A DNA stretch of 64,000 bases from Terriglobia bacterium (GTDB taxonomy: Bacteria; Acidobacteriota; Terriglobia; 20CM-2-55-15), in contig CBDCLE010000026.1 in the NCBI GenBank assembly GCA_965218585.1, positions 192,001-256,000 of the forward strand. Reading direction: 5' to 3'. The notes beneath the pieces are model-generated. The model ran no database searches and was not told the origin of the DNA. It saw only the letters and a program-made list of their open reading frames with translations. This document shows, piece by piece, positions 19,850 to 30,685 of this stretch; the first letter of the stretch is position 1; every line of letters begins with the position of its first letter. The position numbers and the translations under genes were made by a program.

Positions 19850-21175
19850 ATGATGCGTTCGGATAGCCCGCCCAGAAAGACAAATGACCCAATCTTCCTT
19901 GAGGATATCAGTATTACCCACATAGCAGGTCAACGTTTAGCGGAACCCTGCGCGGCCAGCGTCGTCCTTCATCTGTCTCCAAAAATAATGTGCCGCATAG
20001 AATCAGACAATCTCCCCAAATCTTTGGTGAATTTACAGCATGACGCTTTCTTGATAACCACACAAAATGGTTGTAAGGCCAAAGTATTTCTTCGATATAA
20101 CCCAAACGACCTCATGTCTTTACGTGAATCATTAAGGGGTTTTCTCGTTCCGTATAAATCGCCCTGCACGGTAATTCATTCTGATATTCGACTTAGATCT
20201 GTAAGTTTCGGCGTGCTGAATTTCCCGAGATTTTATGGCCGGAAAGACAAATGGATTGATATGAATGAAATGCGTCGCCGATTAGGCGTCGCTGAAATGA
20301 AAGATGATGGCTTGATGATTGAAATTACAGAGGATCCAAGTCTTTCTGAAAACACGAAGTCACTACAGACAGATGATGGTTATGCTGTAACCCATACAGG
20401 GCTCATCCGGCGTTATGACGGTGAAAATTTTTGCGTGAAGGAAGCGGAAAACATTTTGCGTAGGCTGCGAGCTTTCCTCTCATTCGCTCGCGGCTCGGCG
20501 TGCGGCGTGACACTCGTCAAGGCGGTCGATCAAAACGGTAGTGAAATGATCCTGGAATGGGGAACCACGCATACCGAACCCTGGAGTAAGGGAAATGACA
20601 CATGGATGCCGACAAAAGATGGAGGGGATACTCTTTCCCCATTGTTCCCCGGATTCTGGAAGTTGTGCAATGACCAAGATTGGAGAGAAACGCTATTTGA
20701 TACCATTGATTGGTACCTCAATAGTAAGAATGGTCCTTTTCATGTAGGAATCATTCTGGCCGAAGCTGCCCTTGAATCCCTGTGCTATAAAATTACATCG
20801 GCAAAAGGAAAGGGTGTTGCGGGAAGAGATGTGCCCAAGGCACTACGCAAAGTTGGACTTTGCACAAAAATACCTCCATCGTGTAGGGAATTGAAGAGAT
20901 TTTCCGAAGAACATTCTCAGTTCAGCGACGAGGGGCCGAAGGCAATTGCAGATGTTCGCAACGATCTTGTTCATGCCAATAAGAAATTTAGCTACATTTC
21001 GGCGGAGGCCCAAATGGATGCTTTACGCCTAGCTCAGTGGTACATAGAATTGATCTTGCTCAAACAATTTGATTACCACGGGCGTTATAGAAACCGACTA
21101 ACGATTGTTGGCGAGAATCCGTTTACAAACGTACCTTGGGCAAATGGAAATCTCGAAACGTCGGCTACGAAGTGA
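19850..21175 (+). CDS. ApeA-like HEPN-domain protein
   Basis: C-terminal ALESL...RNDLVH (RxxxxH); AT-richer than flanks. Confidence 0.65.
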   Translation: MMRSDSPPRKTNDPIFLEDISITHIAGQRLAEPCAASVVLHLSPKIMCRIESDNLPKSLVNLQHDAFLITTQNGCKAKVFLRYNPNDLMSLRESLRGFLVPYKSPCTVIHSDIRLRSVSFGVLNFPRFYGRKDKWIDMNEMRRRLGVAEMKDDGLMIEITEDPSLSENTKSLQTDDGYAVTHTGLIRRYDGENFCVKEAENILRRLRAFLSFARGSACGVTLVKAVDQNGSEMILEWGTTHTEPWSKGNDTWMPTKDGGDTLSPLFPGFWKLCNDQDWRETLFDTIDWYLNSKNGPFHVGIILAEAALESLCYKITSAKGKGVAGRDVPKALRKVGLCTKIPPSCRELKRFSEEHSQFSDEGPKAIADVRNDLVHANKKFSYISAEAQMDALRLAQWYIELILLKQFDYHGRYRNRLTIVGENPFTNVPWANGNLETSATK

Positions 21176-21405
21176 TGTGTTAACCCATCATCATCGCATT
21201 GTCTCCGATGTCGAACTCCAGGTGCTCGCGGCGTGCCCCCAGCCGGTCCGGTAGTCGCCTCGGCGTTCCGACAGCCCGAGCCACGGCGTACCGGTGAACC
21301 GTCCGCCGAACGCTGGCAAGCCGCCACCGGCCCGCACTTCGAGTCGGTGGCTGGGTGCGGCGTGATAGTCGGCGACGGCCCCGCCGATCTCCGCCCGTGT
21401 TCTCC

Positions 21406-21648
21406 TTAGGGCTCCGAGTCCTTTGGTGCCGTCCCTTGGGCCAGGAACTCCGCCCATTGCTCCATCAAGGTCCGCCGACGTTCAAAGAGGTCCGAGCGGG
21501 CATAGGCCGCTTCCACCTGGTTGCGGACCACGTGCGACAACGCCGCCTCCATGACCGCATGGGGCGCGTCGGTCGATTCGGCCGCCCAGTCGCGAAAGCT
21601 CGACCGAAACCCATGGGGCACGGCCGGGATTCCCAACTCCCGAAGCAA
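21406..21648 (-). pseudogene. Tyrosine integrase C-terminal fragment
   Basis: HGFRSSFRDW, LSH, EAAYARSDLFERRR. Confidence 0.85.
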
Positions 21649-22224
21649 ACGGCGCTGAACTGTACAGGACGATATGCTGTTGATAGAAATATAGCTTATG
21701 GATATTGTTGGATATCATAGAATCCTATAGTGGCGGACACTTCCTCCTTCATCGATCCTCCTTCAGATCGTTTCGATCCCGAAAGTGTCTCTTAGTTTTT
21801 CAGTGGATTCTGTGCGAAACGTTCTGACGGGCTACACGTCATAGCTGGCCTCTTAGCTGGCGTCTTAGCCTTGGTGGCGTTGATCTACCACTACTTCTTC
21901 AACTGAGGTGTCGGGCGGTACCGGACTGCCCCCAGCCCTTATACTCGATACTGTCTCACGAATGTCGATCGCATCATCGAGTTAAGAGACGGGACGTTGA
22001 AATCTGCGAGCTTTGCTAAGGACCTCAGCGGTCAGCCGAAGAAGGCTCGGTCGGCATGAGCAATGTCTTGCGCGCCGAAAAAAGAGAACAAGTTATTGCA
22101 TTGGGGCGGCTTAGATGGCCGCTGCGACGGATCGAAGAGGCGACCGGAGTGAGCCGGGAGACGACCGGGCGTATCTGAGGGTACTGTCAATCCGATTCTG
22201 TTCGTACAACGATCCTTGTAATGT

Positions 22225-23746
22225 TGAAGTGCTCCCCAAAATTCGGACAGGTCGCTAAGGTGTAAAATCGCTGCCTCGGGAGAGGCAGATGAAGAAGCGA
22301 CAGCGGAAGCAATACAGCGCAGATCTGAAGGCAAAGATCGCCGGCGAGGCGGTCAAGGGACAGAGAACGATCCAGGAGATCGGGTCGCACTACGAAGTGC
22401 ATCCGACGATGGTCACGAATTGGAAGAAGAAGTTGCTAGAGGGAGCATCGAAGATTTTCTCGAATGGCCAGGTGCAGGCTGGCGAAGCCGATGAACAGTT
22501 ACGGGCTGAACTGTATCAGCAGATCGGCAAGTTGCAGGTCGAGGTGGACTGGCTCAAAAAAAGTCCAGACTTTCTCGTTAGGTGAACGACGGTCATGGAT
22601 CAAATCGAACGACACGGAACTGAGCATCGTCGAGCAGTGCCGGTTGACCGGAGCGTCCCGGTCTGGCTTGTACTACACACCCGTGGGCGAGAGTGTCTGG
22701 AACCTCGAGTTGATGCGGCTGCTCGACGAGCAGTACACGCGGACACCGTTCTACGGCGTTCGGCGGATGACCAATTGGTTGGAGAAGCAAGGCCATCCGG
22801 TCAATGCGAAACGAGTGCGGCGACTGATGCGGCACATGGGATTGGAAGCGATCTATCCGAAACCGCGATTGTCGATGCCGGCACCAGGACATCGGATCTA
22901 TCCGTACCGGCTGCGGGGGCTGCGGATCGATCGCCCGAACTTCGTCTGGGCAACCGACATCACGTACGTCCGACTGCGTCAGGGCTTCATTTATCTGGTG
23001 GCGATCATGGACTGGTTCAGCCGGTACGTGCTGTCCTGGGAAGTGTCGGTATCGATGGACAGCGCCTTCTGCGTGTCGGCACTGGACTGGGCTTTAAAGG
23101 ACGCCCAACCGGAGATCTTCAACACGGATCAGGGAGCACAGTTCACCAGCGAGGTGTTCACCCGCCGACTGGACGACCATGGCATCACGATCAGCATGGA
23201 CGGTCGGGGGCGAGCAATGGACAACATCTTCGTCGAACGTCTGTGGCGTACGGTGAAGTACGAAGAAATCTATCTGAAGGATTACCTGAGTGCTCCCGAA
23301 GCCATCTCGAATCTGAATTCCTATTTTCGGTTCTACAATCAGGAGCGCGGTCATCAGGTCTTCGACTATCGAACGCCGGAGGCCGTGTACTTTCAGAGTG
23401 CGACGAGCGCGCCATCGGTCACCGAACGGGCCGTGTCTCAGGTCGTCCTCGACGACGATCGTCGCTCATAGACAATCCTCGCGCGACTTTTTCCGTGGAA
23501 ATCTATGCCGAGAGCGGACAGGAGCGAAACACGAGAACGAATGAACGACAGTCCAGGCCTGTGGAAACTGCCGCCGCTGTGGAAATCCTCGGAAGGATTC
23601 CCACAGCGGCTTGAAAACAGCCTCGCAGGCTCGGCTTTTTCACAGTTCCCACAGGCCCGGCGACGGGTCCAATATCAACCCATTTCAACGGCAGCGATCC
23701 ACCTTAAGACCCGGGATTTTCTGTCCGAAGAATGGGGAGCACCTCC
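22225..23746 (+). mobile_element. IS3-family element (orfA 22289-22585, orfB to 23471, programmed -1 frameshift)
   Basis: IRs GTGCTCCCC...TTCGGACAG / CTGTCCGAA...GGGGAGCAC; A7G slippery site near 22556; WATDITY, NTDQGAQF, DNIFVERLW. Confidence 0.93.
23556..23657 (+). other. Structured three-way-junction motif, copy A (IS3 3' region)
   Basis: Outer stem GGCCTGTGGAAACTG/CAGTTCCCACAGGCC, inner stem GCCGCTGTGGAAATCC/GGATTCCCACAGCGGC. Confidence 0.7.
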
Positions 23747-23952
23747 CATCTCCCGGGTTGGCAATTGGATTCCGAAACCAACTACGCTATTGACGGGCTA
23801 CGGTCGGCGTTCAACTCAAATCTCATACTGGAGTCGTTTGGGTGAAGTTAGCCGTACAAAAGCGAAACTACTCACGTGGGTTAAATCGTGGGTCAAAAGC
23901 AGATTCTATATTATAAGTCATTATTTTTCAGTATATTAGAAGTTAAGTATTA

Positions 23953-23968
23953 ATTCCGCCGCCTCCAT
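23953..23968 (+). other. Putative att site resembling tmRNA 3' end
   Basis: ATTCCGCCGCCTCCAT, preceded by CGTGGGTYAAA direct repeats and an AT-rich tract, followed by a terminator. Confidence 0.45.
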
Positions 23969-24003
23969 TCACAAGGATTCAATAAGAATCCGATAGAGAC
24001 CAG

Positions 24004-24034
24004 AGCCCGCTTAAAGGCGGGCTTTGTCTTTTTG
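24004..24034 (+). terminator. Rho-independent terminator
   Basis: AGCCCGC-ttaaag-GCGGGCT then T-rich tail. Confidence 0.75.
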
Positions 24035-24151
24035 ACATGAATAGGCGAACCAATCGCCTATTTGATTGCGATGAATTCCCTCCTCACTTAACATTCACCG
24101 AGCCTTGCCTTCGAGGTGTACGGTCGGGTCACTCCAGAACAGGGAGCCAAA

Positions 24152-26209
24152 ATGAATTTGTCTCGACGGGAATTCCTGAAGTTATTTCCACAGACTGCGG
24201 GTTGTTTCGTAGCAACCGCTTCGATGATTTCGTTGTCAGCCTGCACCACACCCCGAACAGCCACCAGCGCGTACAGGTTTCCTCAGGGTGTCGCATCCGG
24301 CGACCCGTCTCCCGAGAGCGTAGTGTTCTGGACTCGGAGTGTGTCCAACGATGGCGCCGTCGGAGCTATTGACCTCAAGCTCCAGGTCGCCAGAGACGAG
24401 ATGTTCTCGGACTTAATTCTGGAAAAGGACCTCGTAGCAGAATCGCAACTGGACTACACCGTCCGTTGCTTTGTCGATGGGCTCGACGCGGATCGGCATT
24501 ACTTCTACCGGTTCCTCGCACCGGACGATACAGCTAGCCGGGTGGGTCGGACACGAACGGCTCCTGCGGACGACTCCGAAGCGCCTCTGGTCACGGCTGT
24601 ATGCTCGTGTCAGAACTACTCCCAGGGGTTTTTCGGCGCTTATCGCCGGCTGCTCAGGGATGATGAGGCTGCGCCTGACGGTCGAAAGCTCGATCTGATC
24701 ATCCACGTTGGCGATTTCATTTACGAGCGCGAACAGCTTGTGGAAATCGATCTCCCGAACCGTGATGGCACGCCGAGGGTTCTCGGTGATTTCCCGTCTG
24801 GAGCGCCTGCGGCCGTTACGCTTGATGACTACCGTCATCTGTACCGCCTTTATCTGTCGGATCCAGATCTGCAGGAAGCCAGAGCTCGCTTCCCGTGGAT
24901 CAATACTTGGGACGACCACGAAGTCGCCAACGACTATTGGCAGGGGTTTACTCAGTCGGGTGAGCCCATGCAGAGACGGAAGGTTGCAGCAAACGCGGCA
25001 TGGTTCGAGTTCATGCCGGCGGCTCTCACCTTCGCCCGGCCCGGTCCCGCCGGATTCAATCCTGCCGTTGATTTCGTCACTCCCGAAGTCCAGGACGCAC
25101 CGGGAACAGATTTCGATGAAGACTACCTGGGTCAAGAGACCAACAACATGGCAGCCATCGGGTCGATGACGATTTACAGGAGCCTCGGGTGGGGCAGGCT
25201 CGTAGATCTCTTTGCGGTTGACGGACGGAGCTATCGGGGACCGAGGGGGGTCGACCCGGAAATCCTGGCAACGGAAGAATATCCCGATGCCCCGCTGCCG
25301 GCCGAACTCGTCAAGACCCTGAATGCTGGACGAACCGCGAACAACGGCACCCCCCCGGAAACGGTCGAACTTCAGGGCAATCGGGTTCCCAATAGTCGCA
25401 GGGACTCACCCCGGGGGTCATTGCTAGGTGCCGAACAGAAAGCATGGCTGAAGGAATCACTCGAACAAAGTCAGGCCCGATGGAAGGTGATCTGCAACGA
25501 CGTGCCCATGATGCGTTTCGGATTCGACATGAACTTTCGAGAAACAGGACGCGTGGACGATCTGTGGTGGTCCGACAGTTGGGACGGATATCCCCTCGAA
25601 CGCAACGAGCTCATGAGTTTCCTCAGAGACAGCGGAATTACGAACGTCGTTTCGGTGACCGGAGACCGCCATGCCCATTTTGCAGGTCTTGTCTACGACG
25701 ACTTCGACAGCCCGGAACCCGCAGCAGTGATTCCGGAGTTTGCCTGTGCCGGCATCAGTGCCAACTGCAGGCTGAGACTCCAGCAGACCCTTACAAGCTC
25801 GGATCCCGAACTCGACCGGTTGGTCCATTTCAACGGCGCCGAATTCGGCTTTAGTGAAGTCTTGATGCCGGCGATGAACGCGTGGTTACTCTTTGGTGCT
25901 GAATCTGCCGGTCGGTTGCATGATACCGGAGAGGCGGATCAAGCGATGGAGGCACTCAACCCGAGGGTCAACGCGCACCTCACGTACGCGGACACCGAAG
26001 CCTACGGTTACTTTGTGGCGCGCTTCTCCGATGCGGCCCTTGAAGTCGAGTTTGTGACCGTTGGCCGGCCCACGGAAGATTTCGGTGAAGATGGACCGTC
26101 GGCTCTGCGTCGGGTACGGTTCGGCGTGCCCGCCTGGTCCGAAGGAGAGGGCCCCCGGCTCGAGCGAGCCGGGATCGACGGAACTCCGCCGCTGATGGGA
26201 CTCAAATAA
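24152..26209 (+). CDS. phoD: Alkaline phosphatase D, Tat-exported
   Basis: SRREFLK Tat motif, FPQGVASGDP, HVGDFIYE, WDDHEV, DSWDGY, TGDRH. Confidence 0.92.
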   Translation: MNLSRREFLKLFPQTAGCFVATASMISLSACTTPRTATSAYRFPQGVASGDPSPESVVFWTRSVSNDGAVGAIDLKLQVARDEMFSDLILEKDLVAESQLDYTVRCFVDGLDADRHYFYRFLAPDDTASRVGRTRTAPADDSEAPLVTAVCSCQNYSQGFFGAYRRLLRDDEAAPDGRKLDLIIHVGDFIYEREQLVEIDLPNRDGTPRVLGDFPSGAPAAVTLDDYRHLYRLYLSDPDLQEARARFPWINTWDDHEVANDYWQGFTQSGEPMQRRKVAANAAWFEFMPAALTFARPGPAGFNPAVDFVTPEVQDAPGTDFDEDYLGQETNNMAAIGSMTIYRSLGWGRLVDLFAVDGRSYRGPRGVDPEILATEEYPDAPLPAELVKTLNAGRTANNGTPPETVELQGNRVPNSRRDSPRGSLLGAEQKAWLKESLEQSQARWKVICNDVPMMRFGFDMNFRETGRVDDLWWSDSWDGYPLERNELMSFLRDSGITNVVSVTGDRHAHFAGLVYDDFDSPEPAAVIPEFACAGISANCRLRLQQTLTSSDPELDRLVHFNGAEFGFSEVLMPAMNAWLLFGAESAGRLHDTGEADQAMEALNPRVNAHLTYADTEAYGYFVARFSDAALEVEFVTVGRPTEDFGEDGPSALRRVRFGVPAWSEGEGPRLERAGIDGTPPLMGLK

Positions 26210-26246
26210 GGGATCGTTTCCTAGTAACGCCGGTCTCCCAGCCTGC

Positions 26247-27158
26247 CTACTCTCCAGCCATCTGGAAACAGCTTTCGTGGAACGACATTATCTCGTCTCC
26301 GGCTTTCTCGTAGATCATTTCCGGGTCATGCCCAACGTCGGGGATGATACGCCTTTCGAACGGAATTTCGAGCGATTCGAGATGGCCCATCCACTCAAGA
26401 TTCGCCTGATAGTTCATGCCGTCGGCCCCAACCACGACGAGAATCTCGAGTCGAGGATTGCTATCCGAGGCGGCATATTCCTCTGCAAGGTCCCACGAGT
26501 TGTAACCCGGATCGAGCACGATACCGGCCGCCGGCCCTCCTAGGCGGCCACCGTTCTCTGAGGCTCTTTTTTCTTGCTGATGACCACCGGCAAGCGGCAC
26601 CGCCGAGCAGAACAACTCCGGATGCCTGAACATGTCCCGCGCCGCCCCCCGGCCACCGGAGGAAAACCCTTCGATGCCGCGGCCGGCGCGACTCGATATC
26701 GTTCTGTATTTCGTATCGATCAGCGGAATGAGTTCCTCCACAAATGTCGTTTCCGCAAGGGAATCCCCATAGTCATAGTGTGCGGGAGCCCCGCCGTTGG
26801 GAAACACGTAGATCATCGAACCCACGTCGCCGGATTGAATCCGGGCATCGATCAGGCTCGCCATGTCGACATCCGCGGGATCAAGCATCCGTGCCTCGTT
26901 GCCGAACCCCCCGTGGAGAAAATAGACGACAGGATAGCGCCGATCCTGATTGGAAGGATCTTCATAGCCAGGCGGCAAGTAAATCCCGTATCCGACATCT
27001 ACGTCCATAACCGCACTGTGATAAGTGTGGTGGCTAACCCTCTCGTGTACCGTGTCGGGCAACGGGTTCACCCAACTGGGTTCTCCCCGCTGCGCCAGGG
27101 CCGTGGTGACGGGAAAGACGATAAGGAGGAAGAGGGCACAAGATCGGGCAATCTTCAT
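26247..27158 (-). CDS. Secreted alpha/beta-hydrolase esterase (paralog 2)
   Basis: YLPPGY, YPVVYFLHG, GFSSG. Confidence 0.85.
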   Translation of the reverse strand: MKIARSCALFLLIVFPVTTALAQRGEPSWVNPLPDTVHERVSHHTYHSAVMDVDVGYGIYLPPGYEDPSNQDRRYPVVYFLHGGFGNEARMLDPADVDMASLIDARIQSGDVGSMIYVFPNGGAPAHYDYGDSLAETTFVEELIPLIDTKYRTISSRAGRGIEGFSSGGRGAARDMFRHPELFCSAVPLAGGHQQEKRASENGGRLGGPAAGIVLDPGYNSWDLAEEYAASDSNPRLEILVVVGADGMNYQANLEWMGHLESLEIPFERRIIPDVGHDPEMIYEKAGDEIMSFHESCFQMAGE

Positions 27159-27162
27159 CTCT

Positions 27163-28074
27163 CTAGTCTCCAGCCATTTGGAAACAGCTTTCGTGAAACG
27201 ACATGATCTGGTCTCCGACTTCCTCATAGAACGCGACAGGGTCATGCGGGGCGTCGGGAATGATCAAACTCTTGAACGGAATGTCGAGGGACTCGAGATG
27301 GTCCATCCACTCGAGGTTGGCCTCGTAGTTCATGTCATCTGTGCCAACAGCCACAAGTATCTGGACTCGTGTATCGCTGCTCCTGGCAGCGTATTTTTCT
27401 GCGAGGTCCCAGGAGTTATCCCCCACCGCAACCACGATACCCGTCGTGATCCCTGCCAGGCGGCCCTCGTTCTCCGCCGCAATCTTTTCATGCTGGTGAC
27501 CACCCGAAAGGGGTGCTGCTGAGCAGAAGAGTTCCGGATATTTGAACATGTCCCGGGCTGCCCCGCGGGCGCCGGCGGAGAACCCTTCGATGCCGCGACC
27601 CGCGCGGCCGGCTATCGTCCGGTACCTGGCATCAACATGAGGAATAAGCTCGCGCACAAAAGTCGTCTCACTCATTCCCCGCTCATGGTCATAGTTGCTC
27701 ACGGGCCCGCCGTTGGGAAACACGTAGATCATCGGACCAACGTCGCCGGATTGAATCCAGGCATCGATCAGGCTCGCCATGTCCTGGCGCGCTGGATTGA
27801 GCATCCGTCCTTCGTTGCCCTCGAACCCTCCGTGGTGGAAATAGACGACAGGATATCGCCGTTCCGAGTTGGCCGGATCTTCATAGCCGGGCGGCAGGTA
27901 TATCGCATATCCAACATCAATACCCATGACCGCGCTGTGGTAGGTGCTGTGGTGAACTCTCTCGTGTGCTCCGGCCGGCAGCGGGTTCACCCAATGGTGT
28001 TCGGGCAATTGCGCTTCGGCCGTAGAGAGCTGGAGAGCGATAAGGAATCCAGAAAGAAAGGCTAGAGTCTTCAT
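27163..28074 (-). CDS. Secreted alpha/beta-hydrolase esterase (paralog 1)
   Basis: Signal peptide, YLPPGY, GFSAG. Confidence 0.85.
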   Translation of the reverse strand: MKTLAFLSGFLIALQLSTAEAQLPEHHWVNPLPAGAHERVHHSTYHSAVMGIDVGYAIYLPPGYEDPANSERRYPVVYFHHGGFEGNEGRMLNPARQDMASLIDAWIQSGDVGPMIYVFPNGGPVSNYDHERGMSETTFVRELIPHVDARYRTIAGRAGRGIEGFSAGARGAARDMFKYPELFCSAAPLSGGHQHEKIAAENEGRLAGITTGIVVAVGDNSWDLAEKYAARSSDTRVQILVAVGTDDMNYEANLEWMDHLESLDIPFKSLIIPDAPHDPVAFYEEVGDQIMSFHESCFQMAGD

Positions 28075-28149
28075 TGGTTTTCTCCGAAAAGTTTTTGCGA
28101 TGCAACCTGCTCCCGCGCCGCATCGTATAGTCGAATCGGTGATTTCGTT

Positions 28150-28662
28150 CTACCTGGACACATGCCTTTCGAGATACTGGGCTACGAACGCTTCAAGCCC
28201 CTCGGAGTCCAGTCCCACTTCCCTCGCTTCGGCTTCGGCGTCGGGAACGTTCCAACCGTCCCGGATGACGCGGCGAACCATCCAGAGCGCGGCTACGCGC
28301 TGGGCCGACCCGCAGTGAATGAACATTGGCCGGTTTCGAGCGTCATCGGTTACCGCCAGGAATTCTTCGACCTGTTCGTTGGGGATGTTCGCTCCTGCTA
28401 TCGGTATGTTGAAGTAATTCATACCGAGTTGCCGGACGAGGGATTCTTCTGCGGCCGCGTCGTGTTCGCTGGGAACCCGCAAGTTTAGAACGGTGCGGAA
28501 CCCATCGGCTTTCAGGGTCTCGACCTGAGCCAGAGTTGGCTGACCCGCTGTGCAGAAATCCGCGTTCACTCGCAGAAAGTTTCGTATGGGTTCGTCCTGG
28601 GCCTGGCCAGTTGCACTGAACAGAAATACCCACGCAAATAAAACCGCAACTCCTCGCTTCAT
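28150..28662 (-). CDS. Cys-phosphatase-like protein (DUF442/Blh-like)
   Basis: AGQP, VLNLR, IHCGSAQR (CX5R). Confidence 0.8.
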   Translation of the reverse strand: MKRGVAVLFAWVFLFSATGQAQDEPIRNFLRVNADFCTAGQPTLAQVETLKADGFRTVLNLRVPSEHDAAAEESLVRQLGMNYFNIPIAGANIPNEQVEEFLAVTDDARNRPMFIHCGSAQRVAALWMVRRVIRDGWNVPDAEAEAREVGLDSEGLEAFVAQYLERHVSR

Positions 28663-28722
28663 CTGAGCCTCCCTCAGCGTTTCGGTTAGAGACGCTGTCT
28701 TCTTCAACTGAAAATCTGTTGG

Positions 28723-29289
28723 CTACTTTCCCGGGACCATAACGTGGGCACTCACTGTGCCGGCCTGCATCAACCAGGGGCGATCATCTTCGCTTGGCTC
28801 GGTGCGCATCCCCGTTGTCTCTTCGGTTGCGTATGGGAGCATGACCACCATCATCCGGGTAGCGTTCTCACGGTCGCTGCCGTTGAGGCCGTAGCGCGCC
28901 TGACCCGCCTCGGGGCGAGGTAACTTACCTTGCTCCATCTCTTCGTTGCGGATCTGATCGCGTTCGTCCCGGCTTGCACCATCGGCGAGAAGTTGTACGC
29001 CCCTGAGCCAGTACTCCTCGACCTTTTCGTGCTGACAGACCACCGAGAAGCCGTTCTGCCTGGGATCATCGGCAACGCAGACCAGACCATTGGTCCCCTC
29101 GCGAAGTACCGTCCGGTTGTAGGCCGCGTCATAGGCGACGACGGCCGCGCCCGGTTGCAGGTCCGCCGGCAGCGGCAAGAGAGCACTGGCAATCTGCTGA
29201 TCGACGTCGCGCTCCTGACTGTAAGCAACTGGGGCCACACCGAAGTTGCACGCGAATACTAAAAACACCAGGATAAGAATTCTTCGCAT
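28723..29289 (-). CDS. Secreted hypothetical protein
   Basis: Signal peptide, GGAG RBS; PWLMQAGT..AHVM C-terminus. Confidence 0.7.
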   Translation of the reverse strand: MRRILILVFLVFACNFGVAPVAYSQERDVDQQIASALLPLPADLQPGAAVVAYDAAYNRTVLREGTNGLVCVADDPRQNGFSVVCQHEKVEEYWLRGVQLLADGASRDERDQIRNEEMEQGKLPRPEAGQARYGLNGSDRENATRMMVVMLPYATEETTGMRTEPSEDDRPWLMQAGTVSAHVMVPGK

Positions 29290-29382
29290 TGTTCTCCTCC
29301 GTCCGGCACACGCTGAACTCTCAGAAACTTTCAACGCACGCTGGGAGTCCGCTTTCCGAAAGCAGACGTTCAAACTCAAGCT

Positions 29383-30533
29383 TTAACGACTCTCGGTCGT
29401 GTTCACGCCGGCGGGTGCCGCAGCCATCAGCCTCCGCCAAAATTCCATGTCAAACGCGTCCTGTGCACTTTCATCGCCCGCAGTGACAGGTGGCGCATCG
29501 CCGATGCGGCTCACCACCAGTCGAAGGCTGGGCACCACATAGATCTTGCGCCCGAGGCCTCCCAGAGCCGCGATCAGATCATCGGGCGCGCCCGGGATCA
29601 GGGATCCTTCCTGCATCTCAGGATTCCGGCCAGCGTTAACCGTGGTGCCCCCGTTGAGCCACCAGAGGAGACCATAAGCCTCGTTAAACGGCTGTGAGGG
29701 ATTGAAGGCCTCCGAGTAGTAGTTTGGATCGCCGACGATATCTTCGCCGCGCCATATCCCGTCTGCCAGAACAAGTAGTCCAATGCGGGCAAGGTCCCGT
29801 GCAGAGGTTCTAAAGCCCATGGAGGCGGCACCTCGCCCCGTAGGCATCCATGTCCGGGCACCCCAGTCGCTGTGGCTCATGCCGATCCTGGAAGTCAGCC
29901 ATTGGGTGGTGTGTATTCGTTTACTGTCAGCCCGCTCGCGGCCTCCATTACGGCTACCAGCCGGGTATAGATGGGAGTGTTGTACCTCCACATTTCACCC
30001 GCCGGGGCTTCGAACTGGCCCTGTGGGGTGAGACCGCTCGTCATTGAAAGCAGATGACGAACGGTGATCCGGGCCTCTCGTTCGGTATCAGCTCGAGACC
30101 AACCTTCGCCAAGATAGTCAGTAACCGGGCGATCGAAGTCGAGCAGTCCCTTGCCACGTGCGATGCCAGCCAGCAACGACACGACGCTCTTCTGCAGCGA
30201 GGCGACGTCCTCGATCCGACGTCCATCGGCCGTGTGATCGACCACGAGGTTCGGGTAGTCTCCGGCATCAGCTGCCAGCGCCTCAGGTTCCCAGTGACCC
30301 TCGGCAAGAATGCGGCCACCAAAGAGCACCACGACATCGCTGGACCGCTGCTGCCTGGCGTAGGCGAGAGCCTCCCGAAGTCCTGCTCCGCTCCAGCCGG
30401 TATCGGCCGGGTCCACTCTCTGCCACTCGCCACTTGGGTCGGGAAAATAGTTTTCCTGCGCCAGGCTGGAGACAGCCAGCCCGAAAACCAGACTGGCCGC
30501 GAGCGCGGTCTTCCTGAAGCACGATCGTGTCAT
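29383..30533 (-). pseudogene. Beta-lactamase-family serine hydrolase, frameshift near 29905 (possibly sequencing error)
   Basis: ASLQKS (SxxK), HLLSMTSG, YN in first ORF; ARDLARIG, YGLLWW, ALGGLG in second. Confidence 0.75.
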
Positions 30534-30685
30534 TAGAGCCTCCCCCTGAGGGGTCCAAGGATAGCATGAGAACCGCTGTAGCCGGGTTGGCTTAGAGTGT
30601 CCGAGGGCTGTCGCAGGAGAGGCTTATCAGGGATCTCGACCAGGATGCGAGTGCTATAATTTTACTGCCCTTCCAGAGTTGAAAT

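Noticed and set aside
21930-22015. Possible ABC-ATPase C-terminal scrap (DRIIELRDG)
   Set aside because: Too short to support.
22595-23614. 339-aa alternative-frame ORF
   Set aside because: Out-of-frame overlap with IS3 orfB; no motifs.
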